Origin: Cyanobacteria bacterium J06626_4
GTDB taxonomy: Bacteria > Cyanobacteriota > Cyanobacteriia > Phormidesmidales > Phormidesmidaceae
NCBI GenBank assembly: GCA_038523235.1
Contig: JBCBJQ010000002.1
Span: 64,001 to 128,000, forward strand
DNA length: 64,000 nt
Direction of reading: 5' to 3'
Within the stretch, counting starts at the first letter, position 1. Each line of letters opens with the position of its first letter. Positions 60,181-64,000 of the stretch are shown here, piece after piece. Position numbers and translations under genes: made by a program. The notes beneath the pieces are model-generated. The model was not told the DNA's origin and made no database searches. It was given only the letters and a program-made list of their open reading frames with translations.

Positions 60181-62487
60181 ATGACCTCATCCCTTGATCC
60201 CAATACACCTCTACGGAGCGTCCATACCCAGAGCTTTCATGCTGTGCTCTCCCAAATGGGGGTATCGCTGGTGGTCTCTACATACCAGGCTGGGAAACTC
60301 ATTCTCATGCGGGCTGACGATAACGCTGTGAATACACACTTTCGAGTATTCGATCAGCCCATGGGCGTGGCCGCCGATCGCGAAAAGATCGCCGTAGGCA
60401 CCGCCTATGACATCCAAGAGCTACGCAATGTGCCTGCTGTGGCTGAGAAAATTCCGCCAACCGGCCGTCATGACGGCTGCTATCTGCCTCGCCGTAAGAC
60501 GGTTACCGGTGATATTGATATTCATGAAATGGCCTGGGTTGACCAGGAGCTGTGGTTTATCAATACTCGGTTCTCTTGCCTGTGTACCCTAGATCCCAGC
60601 TGTAGTTTTGTGCCCCGCTGGCGACCGCCGTTTATCACCGGCTATGACCTGACGGATCGGTGCCATCTCAATGGGCTCGGAATACGTGACAATCGGCCCC
60701 ACTACATTACGGCACTAGGCGAGACTGATCGCCCCAACGGCTGGCGGGCTAATAAAGCTAGCGGCGGCATCCTGATGGATATCATCACCAATGACATCCT
60801 GGTGCGGGGCTTGTCGATGCCCCATTCGCCTCGCTGGTATCGCGATCGCCTGTGGGTCTTAGAATCCGGGCGCGGCACTCTAGTCCAAGTCGATTTGTCC
60901 ACAGGCACATTGACCCCAGTGGCAGAACTCCCGGGCTTTACAAGAGGCCTCGATTTTTGGGGCGACTTGGCCTTTATTGGCCTTTCCCAGATCCGAGAGA
61001 CCGCTGTTTTTAGCGGCATCCCCCTCACTCAAACCCTAAGAGAGCGCATCTGTGGCGTGTGGGTAGTCAACATTGTCAGCGGTGAGATTGTGGCATTTCT
61101 CAAGTTTGAGGATGCGGTTCAGGAAATTTTCGCAGTATCGGTTTTGCCGGGGCTACGCTTTCCCGAATTGATTGAGCATGATGATAATTTGCTCAGGAGT
61201 GCCTACGTGCTGCCCGATGCCGCCATGGCTGAAGTGGTGCTACTAAAGCCAGACCAGCCCTCTGCTCTCAGTTATTTTGAGCAGGGGTGTGCCCACTACC
61301 AAGCCGGGGAGCAAGAAGCGGCGGTAGCGACGCTGCAGCAATGTCTGGTTGTACAGCCGGATTATCTGCCCGCCCGTTACAACCTGGGAGTCGTTTTGGG
61401 GGAGTTGGCACGCTATGACGAGGCGATCTCCTACCTGCATCAGGTGATTGAAGCGGAGGCGTGTCATGTCGGTGCTCACAAGACCTTAGGTCATCTCTAT
61501 AGCCAGCAAAACCAGTGGAAACTGGCCCGCTGGCACTATGAACAAGCGGTACGCATCAGTCCTCAAGATGCCCAGGCCCATTACAGCTGGGGCATGATGT
61601 GCCTGACCTTAGGAGACTTTGAGACCGGCTGGGCCGAATGTGAGTGGCGGTGGCAAACCGCTGAGTTTACCCCCTTCAGCTGCCCTCAGCCCCGCTGGCA
61701 GGGGCAACGGCTGCCGCATCAAACCCTGCTCATCCATACCGAGCAAGGGGCAGGGGACGCAATTCAGTTTGTGCGCTACGTGTCTTGGGCCGCAGCGCGC
61801 TGTCAACGGGTGGTCTTGGTGTGTCCTGCTGCTCTCTTACCCTTGTTTGCAAAGCTATCAGGTGTTTATCAGTGCCAAACGCCCGGTCAGATTGCCCTTA
61901 ACGCCTTTGATGTCTACGTGCCGCTGATGAGTTTGCCTTATCTAGCTCATACGACGTTAGAAACTATTCCCGCCCCGATTCCCTATCTTTCGGCGGACGC
62001 TAGCCGGTGTCCCTTGCCCGCTCGTCGCCACGCTCACCGCGTTGGCATTGCTTGGGCCGGTAGCCCCACCCATGGGAATGACCGACAGCGCTCGACTCAA
62101 CTCGCTGACTGGTTGCCCGTACTGCGTGTGCCCGGGATTGAGTTTTTCAGTCTGCAAAAGGGCCAGCCAGTGCCGGCATTGGCCGACCTGCCACCAGACG
62201 CCAACGTACAGGATTTAGACGCCGTTCTACAAGACTATGCCGACACGGCGTCTGTCGTCGAGCAGCTTGATCTTGTTATCAGTGTCGATACCTCTGTCAC
62301 GCATCTAGCCGGTGCTTTGGGCCGCCCCTGTTGGACTCTGCTGTGCTACTCTCCCGACTGGCGCTGGCTGACCCCGCGCTTAGACTCTCCCTGGTATCCG
62401 ACCATGCGCCTGTTTTGGCAAACTCAGCCAGGGGCTTGGGCTGGGGTCTTTGACGAGGTGGCGACCGCTTTGGGGCATGCTTTCTAA
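60181..62487 (+). CDS. TIGR03032 (DUF4915) domain + TPR + GT9-like glycosyltransferase fusion
   Basis: STYQAGKL, GDIDIHE, DRCHLNG, SMPHSPR, PGFTRG; TPRs; EQGAGDAIQF, DLVISVDTSVTHLAGALG, SPWYPTMRLF. Confidence 0.9.
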   Translation: MTSSLDPNTPLRSVHTQSFHAVLSQMGVSLVVSTYQAGKLILMRADDNAVNTHFRVFDQPMGVAADREKIAVGTAYDIQELRNVPAVAEKIPPTGRHDGCYLPRRKTVTGDIDIHEMAWVDQELWFINTRFSCLCTLDPSCSFVPRWRPPFITGYDLTDRCHLNGLGIRDNRPHYITALGETDRPNGWRANKASGGILMDIITNDILVRGLSMPHSPRWYRDRLWVLESGRGTLVQVDLSTGTLTPVAELPGFTRGLDFWGDLAFIGLSQIRETAVFSGIPLTQTLRERICGVWVVNIVSGEIVAFLKFEDAVQEIFAVSVLPGLRFPELIEHDDNLLRSAYVLPDAAMAEVVLLKPDQPSALSYFEQGCAHYQAGEQEAAVATLQQCLVVQPDYLPARYNLGVVLGELARYDEAISYLHQVIEAEACHVGAHKTLGHLYSQQNQWKLARWHYEQAVRISPQDAQAHYSWGMMCLTLGDFETGWAECEWRWQTAEFTPFSCPQPRWQGQRLPHQTLLIHTEQGAGDAIQFVRYVSWAAARCQRVVLVCPAALLPLFAKLSGVYQCQTPGQIALNAFDVYVPLMSLPYLAHTTLETIPAPIPYLSADASRCPLPARRHAHRVGIAWAGSPTHGNDRQRSTQLADWLPVLRVPGIEFFSLQKGQPVPALADLPPDANVQDLDAVLQDYADTASVVEQLDLVISVDTSVTHLAGALGRPCWTLLCYSPDWRWLTPRLDSPWYPTMRLFWQTQPGAWAGVFDEVATALGHAF

Positions 62488-62523
62488 AATGCTGTTGATG
62501 GCTCATCTCGCCAGAAAACTCCC

Positions 62524-63651
62524 ATGCAACTGTTTGCCAACGAATTCCTTGGAGCCCGGCCACACATTGCGGTTTTGGGCTCCCATAAGCTCGGTAACTT
62601 TGTGATAACGACACCCCTGCTGCGAGGGCTGAAAGCCAAATATCCACGTTGCACACTAGACTTCTTTGGCAGCGATCGCACCGCTGAGTTTGAGCGCCAG
62701 CTGGCCACTATTGATTGGCGCATGGCGTTGCATACCAATACACCCGAGACTTCCCCAGTCGTGCTGGCCGCAATTGATCGACGGCGGCAGCAAGTCGGTC
62801 CCTACGACTTGGTGATTAATTGCGATGATGACAGCGATCGCACCCAGGCCATCATTCCCTATCTACAGCCCACCTACCTGGTTGGTAGCCCTACCCCATT
62901 GGGGGCTTACCCAAGGCTGAACGTTAGCCAGCCTCTAATTCAAGCGATTCGGCAAGACCCCAACTGGAACAGTCCGACTTTTGTGCAAACTCATGTCCCG
63001 CTGGTACAGAGCAATTACATTGCTGAAATCTTCTGTCGGTTGGCCTATGTAGAGACGGATTTCACCCAACTGGACTTACCCACCCAGGCCCCTGCTTTTT
63101 CAGTGCCCGATGTCCTCATTCATGTGACTGCCAGTCGCGCCGCCAAGCTGTGGCTGCCCGAGTACTGGCAGTCAGTGATTCACTGGTGTCAGCAGCAGCG
63201 GCTGACGGTAGGGCTAGTCGGCAGTGCTCCAGCCCTACAAAAGCAGCACTATCATGCCAGCAATACCGAAGACTGGCTGTTGGCAACGACAGAACTGCTT
63301 GACCTGCGAGGGCAAGCGACGCTGCCTGAGCTAGCGGGGGCGCTAGCTCAAGCTCGGGCTTTCGTGACGGTGGATACGGGGCCATTGCACGTAGCCGCAG
63401 CGGTCGGGTGCCCGACGGTGGCCATCTTTGGTAATGACAGCGAGGGGGATGGGGCCAGCCCCATGCGGTTGTGGGCACCCCGGCAGCAGCATGTAAAACT
63501 GGCGCTCTCCCAGGTGAAATGCACCCACTGTCAAGCACAGCAGTTCAAAAACACCCACTGTCTCCTGAGCGAGCAGTTGTGCATGATGGCGGTGCTCCCT
63601 GAAACTGTCATGAGCACCCTACACGATTGTTTATCGTTGACAGATGGGTGA
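62524..63651 (+). CDS. Glycosyltransferase family 9 (heptosyltransferase-like)
   Basis: KLGNFVITTPLL, AKLW, DLRGQATL, VDTGPLHVAAAVG.PTVAIFG. Confidence 0.9.
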   Translation: MQLFANEFLGARPHIAVLGSHKLGNFVITTPLLRGLKAKYPRCTLDFFGSDRTAEFERQLATIDWRMALHTNTPETSPVVLAAIDRRRQQVGPYDLVINCDDDSDRTQAIIPYLQPTYLVGSPTPLGAYPRLNVSQPLIQAIRQDPNWNSPTFVQTHVPLVQSNYIAEIFCRLAYVETDFTQLDLPTQAPAFSVPDVLIHVTASRAAKLWLPEYWQSVIHWCQQQRLTVGLVGSAPALQKQHYHASNTEDWLLATTELLDLRGQATLPELAGALAQARAFVTVDTGPLHVAAAVGCPTVAIFGNDSEGDGASPMRLWAPRQQHVKLALSQVKCTHCQAQQFKNTHCLLSEQLCMMAVLPETVMSTLHDCLSLTDG

Positions 63652-63654
63652 AAT

Positions 63655-64000
63655 TTACCGTAAAGGCTTGACTACCCGCCACTGCATTTGCACCTCTTCA
63701 ATCAGATTGTTGTACAGCGCGCTTTCTTGCAGCAGCAACTGAACATCATGGGCGTGATCGCCATAACGCTCAAACCACAGCGCACTGCCCACCAAACTGG
63801 TATGCACCAGGTCAAAGTCGACATTCATGTACAGGCCCAAGGGCGTATTCGCGTTCCCATGGCGCTGCCAGTCTCGGTTGCGCTGCCGTGAAAATAGCTC
63901 CAGGCCACTGGGAGTAACAGCCCGCACATGAGTGGGGTCATGCACAAAGTTATCGTGACGGTGGTGGGGCACCGTAATGTGAATCAGGCTATTGGCCTGA
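63655..64000 (-). CDS. Class I methyltransferase (3' part; begins beyond window)
   Basis: IHITVPHHRHDNFVHDPTHVR motif; frame open to window end. Confidence 0.65.
   Translation of the reverse strand, partial: QANSLIHITVPHHRHDNFVHDPTHVRAVTPSGLELFSRQRNRDWQRHGNANTPLGLYMNVDFDLVHTSLVGSALWFERYGDHAHDVQLLLQESALYNNLIEEVQMQWRVVKPLR

Overview
Cyanobacterial chromosomal window. The very dense HIP1 octamer GCGATCGC, AMIN-domain TonB-dependent receptors and ntcB-cnaT suggest a filamentous Leptolyngbya/Nodosilinea-like strain (inference). 1-27 kb is an iron-acquisition region with no biosynthesis genes, ending at tRNA-Pro(CGG). It holds three TonB-dependent receptors, two PchR/YbtA-like AraC regulators, a YbtP/YbtQ(IrtAB)-like ABC pair, an MFS, a FhuD-like lipoprotein, Fur-box-like palindromes, and an ABC ATPase plus a permease fused to an M1 peptidase domain that has lost its HEXXH motif. 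27-33 kb: GT4, a putative cysteine peptidase, and an acidic PstS-fold lipoprotein paired with a histidine kinase. 33.5-41.4 kb: clpB surrounded by small accessory genes (Uma2, DUF433/DUF5615 TA pair, DUF4241, a RAYT transposase with REPINs, membrane proteins), nearly every one separated by a HIP1 site. 41.5-53 kb: a Crp/Fnr-methyltransferase-cupin-YwiC module with a candidate operator, tpm, an unusual AMIN-TonB_C protein, an ABC-2 exporter, GmrSD coupled to a decayed hsdR, a kinase-like gene, and an orphan toxin-tip/immunity cassette. 53-64 kb: SPFH, OGFr-like, lepB, a metallophosphoesterase, cnaT-ntcB, a BASS symporter and a TIGR03032-TPR-glycosyltransferase locus. All family calls come from motif recognition by eye; no database searches were run.
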